A stretch of 42,764 bases of DNA. It comes from Octopus sinensis. Its lineage: Eukaryota. The DNA lies in the NCBI RefSeq assembly GCF_006345805.1, contig NW_021835156.1, forward strand, positions 1 through 42,764, in the 5' to 3' direction. Below, in pieces: positions 11,127-22,569 of this stretch. Position numbers and translations under genes: made by a program. Below the pieces are notes generated by a model that had not been told where the DNA came from, did not search any database, and was given only the letters and a program-made list of their open reading frames with translations. Within the stretch, counting starts at the first letter, position 1; every line of letters begins with the position of its first letter.

Positions 11127-11414
11127 ATATAGCTTAATAGGGGTCACAAATAATCCTGTGTCAACTTTCTCCGGAAACTGTTTTTAAATATGTCTCCTGA
11201 GATGCCCTTAAGTAGTGCGTACAAAGTTTCATAAGAGCGTTTGGGTTTCTCTGGAGTCATTGTTATGAGCAGTCGTAACATGAAATAAGATATTTAAGGT
11301 TAAGATTTGAAAATTTTGTTTTCGGTAGTTAGGCCAGCAATAGAATTTAGTGTCATGAATTTAGTGTCTTGCAAAACACCCCGAGTGAAGTGGGTTTGGC
11401 AGTAGTCACTCTAT

Positions 11415-11706
11415 CGAAAACACCTAAAGCTCCACGAGGCTCCAGCAGGGGGTGGTGGTGAACCCTGCTGTACTCTTTCACCACAACTTTCTCTCGCTCT
11501 TTCTTCCTGTTTCTCTTGTACCTGTATTTCAAAGGGCCAGCCTTGTCACATTCTGTGTGTCACGCTGAATCTCCTCGAGAACTACGTTAAGGGTACACGT
11601 GTCTGTGGAGTACTCAGCCACTTGCACGTTAATATCACGAGCAAGCTGTTCCGTTGATTCGGATCAGCTGGGACCCTCATCGTCGCAACCGACGGAGTGC
11701 TCCTAC
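11415..11706 (+). mobile_element. 5'-truncated SINE family 1 tail type B with 12-bp TSD
   Basis: TSD tagtcactctat at 11403-11414 and 11707-11718; homologous to 33362-33748. Confidence 0.92.
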
Positions 11707-12344
11707 TAGTCACTCTATAAGTCAAATAACCAGCCCTTATAAAAATATGACGGGCTCGTTGGAGAATTTAATCATCATACAAACTCCCTGTTTGAAAAAG
11801 AAACAAGAAAACGGAATTTAGTTCTGCTTACTTCAGGGCTCTATTGAGTATATACATATATATATATATATATTGAGTATATAGCAAATATAACCCGACT
11901 GCACGAAATAAGTCGGTCGATTTGCTAAAAAAAATAGCTATGAAATACATATTCCTTATTTTTATAAGCGGCCTTCTTAGAATGGAACCAATTTCTATCG
12001 TTTAATGTAATCCATTTTATATGATCTGAATAAAAGATTGGACGTTTACTGATTTCCTGTTTGTGCTTCATCAAAGTTGATCAGGGTTTAAATAACACCA
12101 CCAACGACATCAACAACGTGGACGACGTCAAGAGTAGCAATAACAACAACAACAATGTTTCAAATAAAAGCAGAACCCATATCAACTGCGCCACGACCTA
12201 GGGTTTCATATTTGGTCGCTTGGTCTAATAGAGAAAGAATCCAAACATACCGGCTTTTGACAGTTAGATAAAGGAGGACTCATTGAGTAGTGTAGCTGTA
12301 TACATAACCCCCTAAGTTTAAACATAAGACAGGATGTTAGAATT

Positions 12345-12735
12345 GATTTCAAATTTTGGCGCAAGGCCAGCAATTTCGGGGGCAGAGTAAGTCGTTTACA
12401 TCGACCTCAGTACTCAACTGGTACTTAATTTTTCGGCCCTGATATATATGAAAGGCAATTTCGACCTCGACAAAATTTGAACTCAGCACATGAAGACGAA
12501 ATACCTATTTCTTTATTCCCCACAAGGGGCTAAACACAGAGGCGACAAACAAGGAAAGACAAAGGGATTAAGTCGATTATATCGATCCCAGTGCGTAACT
12601 GGTTCTTAATTTATCGACCCCGAAGGGATGAAAAGCAAAGTCGACCATGGCAGAATTTGAACTCAGAACGTTACGGCCGACAAAATACTGCTAAGCATTT
12701 TGCCCGGCGTGCTTACGATTCTGCCAACTCGCTGC
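12345..12735 (-). mobile_element. SINE family 3 dimer (two different tails)
   Basis: Same gacgaaatacc|tatttcttt junction (~12505) as at 2096. Confidence 0.85.
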
Positions 12736-12767
12736 ATTACTAAATGTTGGTATTAGCAACAACTTTA

Positions 12768-12982
12768 TGGTGGCGTGCTGGTAAAATCGTTAGCACGGTA
12801 GGCAACGTGCATAGCAGCATTTCGTCCGCTCATATGTTCTGAGTTCAAATTCGGTTGAAGTTTGCTATGCATTTCATCCTTTTGGGAGGTCGATAAAATA
12901 TGTAAATATTGGGCACTGGGGGTCAATGTAATCGACATAACCCTCACACAAAATTGCTAGCCTTGTATCAAAATTTCAAACC
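12768..12982 (+). mobile_element. SINE family 3
   Basis: ggtggcgtgctgg..gttagcacg..gttctgagttcaaatt..gcactggggtc..aatcgac..aaattgctagcc. Confidence 0.8.
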
Positions 12983-13429
12983 AGCATTAGCAACGTCTTC
13001 AGTGGAAAGTCTACAGGATGGAGAGTAACCTGTGGTTAACTATTAGAATCGACAGTTGCCGTACTATAAAAGCAGCATGACCATTACAATCGGCAAATAC
13101 CTCATCAATTATAAGTCAGCCAGATTAATTTTCTATTCACACACAAACACGCACACACGCATACGTAAACGCATGCGCTCGCGAACTCACAGTCACTTAT
13201 CCGTTGGATTTAATGAACAGAAGATAAGTACTAAATGCCGTAATAGCGTAGTAATTTAATTCGGTTTGTCACCCTAGAGTTTTCCTGAGGCATAGCTAAT
13301 TCATCAAATAATAATAAAAAGAAACTATGGAAGTACTTATTGCTATAGTGGTTCAATAGATCAAAATAAATGACTGTTTGGGCAGTCGGATGGTAAGAAG
13401 GTATAATAATTACATATGCTCATACACTC

Positions 13430-13877
13430 CCAAAGAGAGCGCCTATGCTGAACTATTAAGAAATCTGCAGTCACTCCGTTATTGGGATCCCGGGATATAT
13501 AACACGCTGCCTAAATACCAACCTTGAGAAATTAGGCTTCTCAAATCCAGAAAGGAGAGAGCTAATTCGAAGACTACAGATCCAATCCGTCACTGGAAGT
13601 GTAAAAATCTGTAAAACTTTCCAGAAGTTTATCATTCAAATATATATTAGCATGTCTGAAATGCTAAATACATACTTTAAGCATACAAATCTGCACATAC
13701 ATGCATACATACATACATACATACATACATACATACATACATACATACATACATACATACATACATACATACATACATGCATGCATGCATGCATACATAC
13801 ATACATACATACATACATACATACATACATACATACATACATACATGCATGCATACATAAACACATACATACATACA

Positions 13878-13909
<32 letters not shown>

Positions 13910-13973
13910 CACATACATTCATATATACATACATACATACACACATACATACACACATACATACATACATACA

Positions 13974-14005
<32 letters not shown>

Positions 14006-14065
14006 CACATACATTCATATATACATACATACATACACACTACATACACACATACATACATACAA

Positions 14066-14097
<32 letters not shown>

Positions 14098-14335
14098 CAC
14101 ATACATTCATATATACATACATACATACACACATACATACACACATACATACATACATACATACATACATACATACATACACACATACATACATACATAC
14201 ATACATATACATACATACATAAAAATGAAAATACCCTGTTATTGATGTTGAAATTCTATTGAAGGAGACTTGGATCTATGTTAGAAATCGGTTCTTCCTC
14301 TATTGACAAGAAATCTTGAAAAAACTGAATAAAAG
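13430..14335 (+). mobile_element. 3' end of an R4/Dong-like (restriction-like endonuclease) LINE with an (ATAC)n-containing 3' region
   Basis: Translation AYAELLRNLQ..GYITRCLNTNLEKLGFSNPERRELIRRLQIQSVTGSVKICKTFQKF resembles the RLE-LINE C-terminus. That the 3' UTR extends across the array is an inference. Confidence 0.55.
13700..14221. repeat. (ATAC)n tetranucleotide array, ~520 bp
   Basis: Directly visible; source of the HTYI/MYVC ORFs. Confidence 0.97.
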
Positions 14336-14782
14336 CATGCATACACACACACACACACGCACAAACACAGAGACAGACACACACACCTGGGCCTTTAACC
14401 AAAGGTAGCAAAGGACCAAACAAAAAAAAAAACCAAACAATATTTCCATTTGCTTAACGTCCAACATTAACCCTTCAAGATTACTTTCAGTACAGTTGCC
14501 TTCATACGTATTTGGTGGTCTCTTTCAGTTTATTATGAATACAGGCAATGTTTTATACCTTATACTTTAGAAGCCTAATGTATCAGTAGCACAGATAAGT
14601 CAGAATATCCACACTAAACTGCAGAAAAAAGGTCGTGGTGGTGTATTGCGTTGGCAGAAAGCATTTTCTCATCACTTTGGCAGCAGAATTATAAGCGAAA
14701 AAAAAACAAAAAAAAACAAACAAAAATGAAAGGGATGAGGGAGTGAAAAGGTAGGAAATATTTGATTAAACTCTTTTTAATT

Positions 14783-14978
14783 TTTTACTTGTTTCAGTCA
14801 TTTTGACTGCGGCCATGCTGGAGCACCGCCTTTAGTCGAGCAAATAGACCCCCAGGACTTATTCTTTGTAAGCCTAGTACTTATTCTATCGGTCACTTTT
14901 GCCGAACCGCTAAGTGACGGGGATGTAAACACACCAGCATCGGTTGTCAAGCGATGTTGGGTGGGGGGACAAACGCAG

Positions 14979-15017
<39 letters not shown>

Positions 15018-15048
15018 CACACACACACATACACACACACACACACAC

Positions 15049-15092
<44 letters not shown>

Positions 15093-15147
15093 CACAGATA
15101 TACGATGGGCTTCTTTCAATTTCCGTCTACCAAATCCACTCACAAGG
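14783..15147 (-). mobile_element. SINE family 2 with expanded internal (CA)/(TA) tract, head missing
   Basis: ttacttgtttcagtca..gactgcggccatgctggagcaccgcc and ttccgtctaccaaatccactcacaagg. Confidence 0.88.
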
Positions 15148-15359
15148 TTTGTGCAACTGCAAGTGTAACATCTACATATAGTTTTCTTTTTATTCTCTTA
15201 TTTTAGACATTTTACTTTAGAACATTCGTTATGCTGCGTAGAATACAACATAATAGTTTTCAATCATCTGAAGGTGGACGTTCCCGAAGTGAAAGAGCTA
15301 GGGAAACGGGACACATAAGAAGAAAGGCAATGCAAGTTCCGATTTATGGGACAACGAAA

Positions 15360-15745
15360 TGCCGTGAAGACACGAGAGCAACGAGATGTAAAACTTCAGT
15401 TTGAAACCATCAGACAAGCCTACTTGATGGAACAAAAGTCACAAGAGCGGAAAAGGCGGAGATAGGGGTCTCAAACCGATAGACAAACCCGCGCGAGAAA
15501 ACACGAGGCATCAGAGCAAAAATGACGGAGGCTGAAGTCTCAATATGATAAACAAACCTTGTTGATGAAACACGAGGCACCAGAGCATAAACCATGGCGT
15601 GTTGGAGTCTCAAGCTGATAGACAAACCCGCTTCAGGAAACACGAAGCACCAGAGCATAAACGGTGGCGTGTTGGAGTCTCAAGCCGATAGACAAGCCCG
15701 CTTCAGGGAACACGAGACACCAGGCAGAAACGATGGAGGTTGGAG
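15360..15745 (+). repeat. 69-70 bp tandem repeat encoding decayed 23-aa STPR-like repeats
   Basis: KTREQRDVKLQFETIRQAYLMEQ / KSQERKRRR*GSQTDRQTRARKH / EASEQK*RRLKSQYDKQTLLMKH / EAPEHKPWR..: exact 23-codon period, then +1 insertions. Confidence 0.6.
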
Positions 15746-16051
15746 TCTTAAGCCCATATGGACCGCATATCTTTTGTCTCTTTTAAGAGAGGATTTTGAC
15801 ATAGGGTAGACAGACTGTGCTCAGTTTTTGGGTTTCGTCCTATCTCCTCTCCCTAATTTGAGCAGATAGTATGTTCTTTGGGAACTTGTTGCATAGCAGA
15901 TTGTTTCTTAGCCTGATCATTTCTTCCTGGTGTGTATCAGGATCGATACTTATTGTATTTGCTCGATGTTTTAGGCACTGAAAAATCTCTCTCATAATAT
16001 TGTATGGACGGTGAGAACTGAAGTTGAGATATCGTCCAGTGAAGGTTAGTT
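15744..16051 (-). mobile_element. Penelope-like element, inverted RT-thumb/linker segment
   Basis: Minus strand: FTGRYLNFSSHRPYNIMREIFQCLKHRANTI..EEMIRLRNNLLCNKFPKNI..TVCLPYVKILS*KRQKICGPYGLKT. Confidence 0.85.
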
Positions 16052-16500
16052 AAGAGTATTCAGGAGTAATACAACACTTCGTAAATATCTTCTCCGAGTA
16101 ACACCATCCATAGAAGAGAATATGATCAAAAACTGCATTAACTCTATCCCATACAGTTGTGGTAGGTTTACAAAGGCTAAACATGCTGCCCCTTAAAACA
16201 AGAGTAGAGGAACATCGTAAAGCTGTGGCACGAGGAGATGCTGAAGAATATCGGGTATATTTGATCATGTATGGAAAAACGGAAACCACCTCCCGCTGTG
16301 GGAGGAAGTTAAAATAATCAACAGAGTACAGCACTGGAAAATGTGAAAATTAAAAGAGGCTGCACATATGCTAGGACATAATAACCTCCTGAGCAGACTT
16401 AGTGCAGATATGAATGTAATATGGGAACCAGTCTTAAGAAAAGATAAAATAGTAGGTTTATAAGCCCTAAAATTCACTCTGTAATTGCCCATAGGCGTAC
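16052..16500 (+). mobile_element. Penelope-like element, GIY-YIG endonuclease and 3' end (decayed)
   Basis: VFRSNTTLRKYL..NCINSIPYSCGR..YKG..RVEEHRK..DHVWKNGNHLPLWEEVKII..KEAAHMLGHNNLLSR; close to 41280-41657. Confidence 0.88.
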
Positions 16501-16545
16501 AGCGTTAAAATAATATCAACAGAAATTATGTATTGTGATCCTCAA

Positions 16546-16858
16546 TGGAGTAAGGGCAATGGCCCAGTGGTTAGGGCAGCGGACTCGCGGTCGTAGGATC
16601 GCGGTTTCGATTCCCAGACCGGGCGTTGTGCGTGTTTATTGAGCGGAAACACCCAAAGCTCCACGAGGCTCTGACAGGGGGGTGGCGATCCCTGCTCTAT
16701 ACTCTTTCGCAACAACTTTCTCTCATTCTTTCTTCTGTTGGACTGCTAGCTTAGCCAGCGGGGTGGCGTCATTAGAAGGCTAAAACAATGCAAAGCGCGT
16801 TGTGACCAGCGATGTGTAGCAACATCTGATAGCCTGGTCGGTCACGAGATCACGTGAT
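16546..16858 (+). mobile_element. SINE family 1 tail type A
   Basis: Colinear with 10817-11126. Confidence 0.9.
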
Positions 16859-17348
16859 ATATATATATATAACTGTTAAGACAGTAAAACAAAGGTATAA
16901 ATATGGTAAATTGGTTGACACTTTTAATCGCTGTTTAGGTGGTAAACTTGAAATTTTAAATAAATACGAGGTAGTATCTAGTCTTCAGCTTAGCAAATAC
17001 TTGTAAGGATTTGAATGTTTAAGATTCGAGTTATTTGCTTTCTACGTCACCAATATTGAGACAGTGGAGCAGTAGTTACACACTACGTCATCAATATTTA
17101 GTTGGTCCTTTAAATTCTTGGTGAGGGAACCGCACGTCTCATTAAACATGTGAGTATTTAATCACATATAGTTTTATTATCTTTTAAACACTTTAATTAG
17201 CTTTAAACATAGCAAGTTTTTTTTTTAATAACCAGTTAATTATAAGTACTTTTATTAGTTCCTGTTTAATGAAATTTAATGTTTATATTAGTCACTGGTA
17301 ATTTAATATTATAGCTTGTAGTGGTGATATATTAATGAGTATGTAGTG

Positions 17349-18597
17349 TTTTATTATTAACTTTTTAATGAAGAAATAATGTATTTCACTCATAAAAATA
17401 TTAGTTAAATTAATTTCAATCGTGTTTTGTTTGAGAGAGATTTTTTAATGGTCTTAACTTTCATTATTATTAACTTTTTAATGAAGAAATAATGTATTTC
17501 ACTCATAAAAAAATTAGTTAAATTAATTTCAATCGTGTTTTGTTTGAGAGAGAGATTTTTTAATGGTCTTAACTTTCATTTATTATTAACTTTTTAATGA
17601 AGAATAATGTATTTCACTCATAAAAATATTAGTTAAATTAATTTCAATCGTGTTTTGTTTGAGAGAGATTTTTTAATGGTCTTAACTTTCATTATTATTA
17701 ACTTTTTAATGAAGAAATAATGTATTTCACTCATAAAAATATTAGTTAAATTAATTTCAATCGTGTTTTGTTTGAGAGAGATTTTTTAATGGTCTTAACT
17801 TTCATTTATTATTAACTTTTTAATGAAGAAATAATGTATTTCACTCATAAAAATATTAGTTAAATTAATTTCAATCGTGTTTTGTTTGAGAGAGATTTTT
17901 TAATGGTCTTAACTTTCATTTATTATTAACTTTTTAATGAAGAAATAATGTATTTCACTCATAAAAAATTAGTTAAATTAATTTCAATCGTGTTTTGTTT
18001 GAGAGAGATTTTTTATGGTCTTAACTTTCATTTATTATTAACTTTTTAATGAAGAAATAATGTATTTCACTCATAAAAATATTAGTTAATTAATTTCAAT
18101 CGTGTTTTGTTTGAGAGAGATTTTTTAATGGTCTTAACTTTCATTTATTATAACTTTTTAATGAAGAAATAATGTATTCACTCATAAAAATATTAGTTAA
18201 ATTAATTTCAATCGTGTTTTGTTTGAGAGAGATTTTTTAATGGTCTTAACTTTCATTTATTATTAACTTTTTAATGAAGAAATAATGTATTTCACTCATA
18301 AAAATATTAGTTAAATTAATTTCAATCGTGTTTTGTTTGAGAGAGATTTTTTAATGGTCTTAACTTTCATTTATTATTAACTTTTTAATGAAGAAATAAT
18401 GTATTTCACTCATAAAAATATTAGTTAAATTAATTTCAATCGTGTTTTGTTTGAGAGAGATTTTTTATGGTCTTAACTTTCATTTATTATTAACTTTTTA
18501 ATGAAGAAATAATGTATTTCACTCATAAAAATATTAGTTAAATTAATTTCAATCGTGTTTTGTTTGAGAGAGATTTTTTAATGGTCTTAACTTTCAT
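17349..18597. repeat. Tandem array of a ~114-bp AT-rich unit, ~11 copies
   Basis: Unit tttattattaactttttaatgaagaaataatgtatttcactc..tcaatcgtgttttgtttgagagaga..ggtcttaactttca; copies differ mainly in homopolymer length. Confidence 0.96.
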
Positions 18598-19139
18598 TTT
18601 AGTAGTATCTATGAAAGACCGGTGGGATTATTATTTGTATGGACTATAATTTAGTTATTGCAGTTTACTATTAGCACCCATACAATGTACATTGACTTAT
18701 ATGTCTCTTTGTTGTAGTTTTATTAAAGTTAGTGTTTATTATATAAAAATAATTGAAATAATGTTGTTGTTAGGCTTTTACTTTTATATTATACTACGGA
18801 AGACGGTAGGGATTATAATTTATGTATGACTTAATTAAGTCATCGCTGTTTAGTTACGTATTTAGGAGTGGATATAATTTACTTATGGAATTTGTTTATC
18901 GATACGGTTGTACATTGGGAAGATGTGGTTTCTTTGGTTTGTTTGTTCCCAACAACACTTATTTTAGTGCTGTTGACACCGCCGGATTGAATGGTACTGC
19001 CCAGGTGTCGAAACCATAAAGATATCCGTGAGGCTGCGGATGATGGAGTATGTTGGATAGTCGGTATGATTGTTTTTGTATATATAGAATAGTATTATTT
19101 GATTCTTAGTATGGGTGTGGAATAGTATTATAACACATC

Positions 19140-19162
19140 CTTTTGATATATGTATATATATA

Positions 19163-19209
<47 letters not shown>

Positions 19210-19470
19210 ATATATTATATGTTTCAATCAAAAAGGGAAAAAGCACGAAGAAAAAATGCTAGAAATAAACAACAACGGGAGGTCGTGTTACATGCAAAAT
19301 ATTAACAGAGGCGTGGGGAAGAAAAGAACAGTAGTTTTACTTTTCGTGCAAAGCTCTTGTTCAGATACAAGAGACAGATGAGTGTCCCAGAGAAGACGGA
19401 GGAAAAAAGTCGCCAACGATCCACATGTAGTTGCATAAATATATGTATGTATATGAATATATATGCATGC

Positions 19471-19549
<79 letters not shown>

Positions 19550-19810
19550 GTGTGTGTGTATGTATATGTATGCATAAGTATATATGTGTGTGTATAGCCA
19601 TATATATATTTATGTATATGAATACATATATATGTATATTTATATACATGTATATATATTTATATATATATATATGTATGTATATGTATATATATATGTA
19701 TATCTATATATATGTATGATTATATATATATGTGTGTGTGCATATATATGTGTATATATTTATATATAAGTATATGTATATATATATATATATACACACA
19801 CATACATATA
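19140..19810. repeat. (TA)n/(TATG)n-rich low-complexity tracts
   Basis: Directly visible. Confidence 0.9.
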
Positions 19811-19869
19811 TATTTTCTAAAGCATTCGCTCATTACAAGATCCTTAGACCACTAAAAACGTAAGAGCTA

Positions 19870-20190
19870 CTAGAATAAAATGAATGCTAGACAGAAGTCA
19901 ATAGGTGACGATGTACGTTAGACGTAAAAGACTACTGGTCATATTGGAAAGGAAAAAAAATTACTGTGGAAGGGAATTCCAAACTTCAGAGGTGCAAGGG
20001 AAGAATACTATAAATTGCTTTACGACTTATAGGAGGTTACACAGTATATTGATGAGAACTGGATCTAAGTCTAGTTGATCGCTGATAAGTTCCTAAAGGA
20101 GAAACCAGAGAAGAGAGCTCAGCTGAAGAATGTCTATGAAACTACTTATAGAAAAGAGACTGAACCACAAAAGAAACGTCAGACACTTTG
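19870..20190 (-). mobile_element. CR1/Jockey-type LINE ORF2 C-terminal remnant
   Basis: Minus strand: SLFYK*FHRHSSAELSSLVSP..RSTRLRSSSHQYTV.. then FFPCTSEVWNSLP after a frameshift. Confidence 0.65.
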
Positions 20191-20194
20191 GGGT

Positions 20195-20978
20195 CTCAAA
20201 CAGTGGTTACTTCATTGCCCCCAACTTGTCTGATATTTTGGAAGACCACCGGTTCAAGTTTCTGGTTGAGTGAAATCCTGCCCCATACGATGATGTTCTG
20301 TCCTCTCCATTAGTCTATCTCCACCACACAGCCCTCGGCATGACCTTCACTCCTTCTCCAAATGCTAATTCTGCCTTCTGCCACGGAAATGCAATGTATA
20401 CTTTCGTCAGAGAAGTCTACAGTCCTCCACTATAGCCAGTTCTGACGTTTTTTATCCGACTGCAGACGGGCCAGTTGATGACGATCTGTGAGGATGGGGA
20501 CCCTAGCCGGACGTCAACAAAGCATATTGAAAGCTCGCATCCGGCGTCGAACTGTCTCTGCACAATTGTCCCTGTGGTGAGTTCCTCTGGTCTACCTAAC
20601 TGATTCCGTTGTCGTCCGGAATCGGTCCTGCAAGTGCTGTCGGTGCAGGTGGCGATCTTGACGTAACCCTCGGTCGTCCACTGTGTGGACGATCATCTGT
20701 ACAGTTTGTGGCACTATATTGTTCCCTCAGTCGCTCCCTTGTTCGAACACTGTAGTTTAAGTCATTGGCAATGATCAATGGATGTTGACCAGCATGGAGA
20801 CGTCCGATGGCTTGTTCCCTCTCATTTCGTGTCAGTCTTGGCATCCTTACTGCGTTCGGGAAACGAGTGACAAGCTGATAAATTTGGATGCCTTTTATAC
20901 CCAGTGAGTCAACGTTTTGCACGTGCATCATCCTTTTCATAAAGTCGTGTTCGCGAGCATTACCATGTTCACGAAAAG
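20195..20978 (-). mobile_element. Decayed Tc1-family transposon
   Basis: ATG at 20844: [19 protein letters not shown]...[12 protein letters not shown] (Tc1 HTH and GRPR motif); downstream RGQNIIVWGRISL (~20270-20310). TIRs not identified. Confidence 0.85.
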
Positions 20979-21090
20979 TATGTATGTATGTATGTATGTA
21001 TGTATGTATGTACGTATGTATGTATGTATGTATGTATGTATGTATGTATGTATGTATGTATGTATGTATGTATGTATGTATGCATGCATG

Positions 21091-21124
<34 letters not shown>

Positions 21125-21210
21125 TGTATGTATGTACGTATGTATGTATGTATGTATGTATGTATGTATGTATGTATGCATGTATGTATGTATGTATGTA
21201 TGCATGTATG

Positions 21211-21244
<34 letters not shown>

Positions 21245-21318
21245 TGTATGTATGCATGTATGTATGTATGTATGTATGTATGCATGTATGTATGTACGTA
21301 TGTATGTATGCCTGTATG

Positions 21319-21352
<34 letters not shown>

Positions 21353-21518
21353 TGTATGTATGTATGTATGTATGTATGTATGTACGTATGTATGTATGTA
21401 TGTATGTATGTATGTACGTACGTACGTATGTATGTATGTATGTATGTATGTATGTATGTATGTATGTATGTATGTATGTATGCATGTATGTATGTATGTA
21501 TGTATGTATGCATGTATG

Positions 21519-21552
<34 letters not shown>

Positions 21553-21602
21553 TGTATGTATGTACGTATGTATGTATGTATGTATGTATGTATGCATGTA
21601 TG

Positions 21603-21636
<34 letters not shown>

Positions 21637-22030
21637 TGTACGTATGTATGTATGTATGTATGTATGTATGTATGTATGTACGTATGTATGTATGTATGTA
21701 TGTATGTGAGTATGCATGTATGTTTGTATGTATGTATGTATATGTTTGTATGTATGTATGTATGTGTTTATGTATGTATGTATGCATGTATATATATAAA
21801 TATGTATACATATGATGCATATATATGTATATATATAATATGTATGCATATATGTATGTATATGTATATATATATGTATATATATATGTATATACATATA
21901 TGTATATATATATTTGTATATATTTTGTATATATATATACGTATGTATATATATGTATGTATGAATATGTACATATTTATGCATGTATATGTATATATAT
22001 ATATGTATGTGTATATGTAGATGTGTATGC
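20978..22030. repeat. (TATG)n array (~810 bp) grading into (TA)-rich repeat
   Basis: Directly visible; source of the 182-478 aa artefact ORFs. Confidence 0.97.
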
Positions 22031-22569
22031 ATGTGTGTCTCTTTGTGTCTCTATTTGCCTTTCCACCACATGACGACCAGTATTGACTTTTAGGTCTCCG
22101 TGACATAAGCAACTCAGTGAGACAGAGTGACAAACTACGTACGAAACTTTAAATAAACACCAGAGTGGCCTGTTCCACTAACCCTAAAAGGCAGTGCTCC
22201 AGTATGACAACTGTTTAATCATTGAAAGATGCAAATAACGAATTAGTAAAATAGCATATATTACTACGTTGCTCATCTGCAACATAGTCTGTATGTTATA
22301 TATATATATACAAATAAACATTGGAAAAAGGAAGGAATACAGGGAATCTACCGAAGCTCTGACAACACAGTACAATGTCATAACATATACTGCTGCGAAA
22401 AATAATACAAAAACTTCATAATGGTATTCTGTACAGTTTTCGTCTTGCAATATCAGCACTCACGTTATTTGCCCCCCAGAGGTTATTGTAGATACTTACT
22501 TGCAATTGTAGTAGAGAGTTCATCGTCATTGCACGTAACTGAACACGAAGCCAATGATTCTTTTTTTTT

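Noticed and set aside
13636-14245. HTYI/MYVC repeat ORFs (also at 20596-22020, 22416-23361, 23782-25612, 30787-31394 and elsewhere)
   Set aside because: Tetra- and dinucleotide microsatellites lack stop codons in several frames; not protein-coding.
15770-15850. LREDFDIG*TDCAQF, resembling a Helitron zinc-finger lead-in after the 23-aa repeats
   Set aside because: It is the antisense of the PLE linker (TVCLPYVKILS), which explains the sequence better.
17349-18597. 114-bp array as a CRISPR-like repeat-spacer array
   Set aside because: The units are contiguous with no unique spacers, and the context is eukaryotic.
20123-20152. CTGAAGA-ATGTCTAT-GAAA-CTACTTATAG hammerhead-like string
   Set aside because: It lies antisense within LINE coding sequence, lacks U16.1 and has no adjacent stem I.
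22420-22460. Minus-strand CTGATAT..GAAAACTGTACAG motif
   Set aside because: It needs a multi-base deletion plus substitutions to be an HHR; too speculative.
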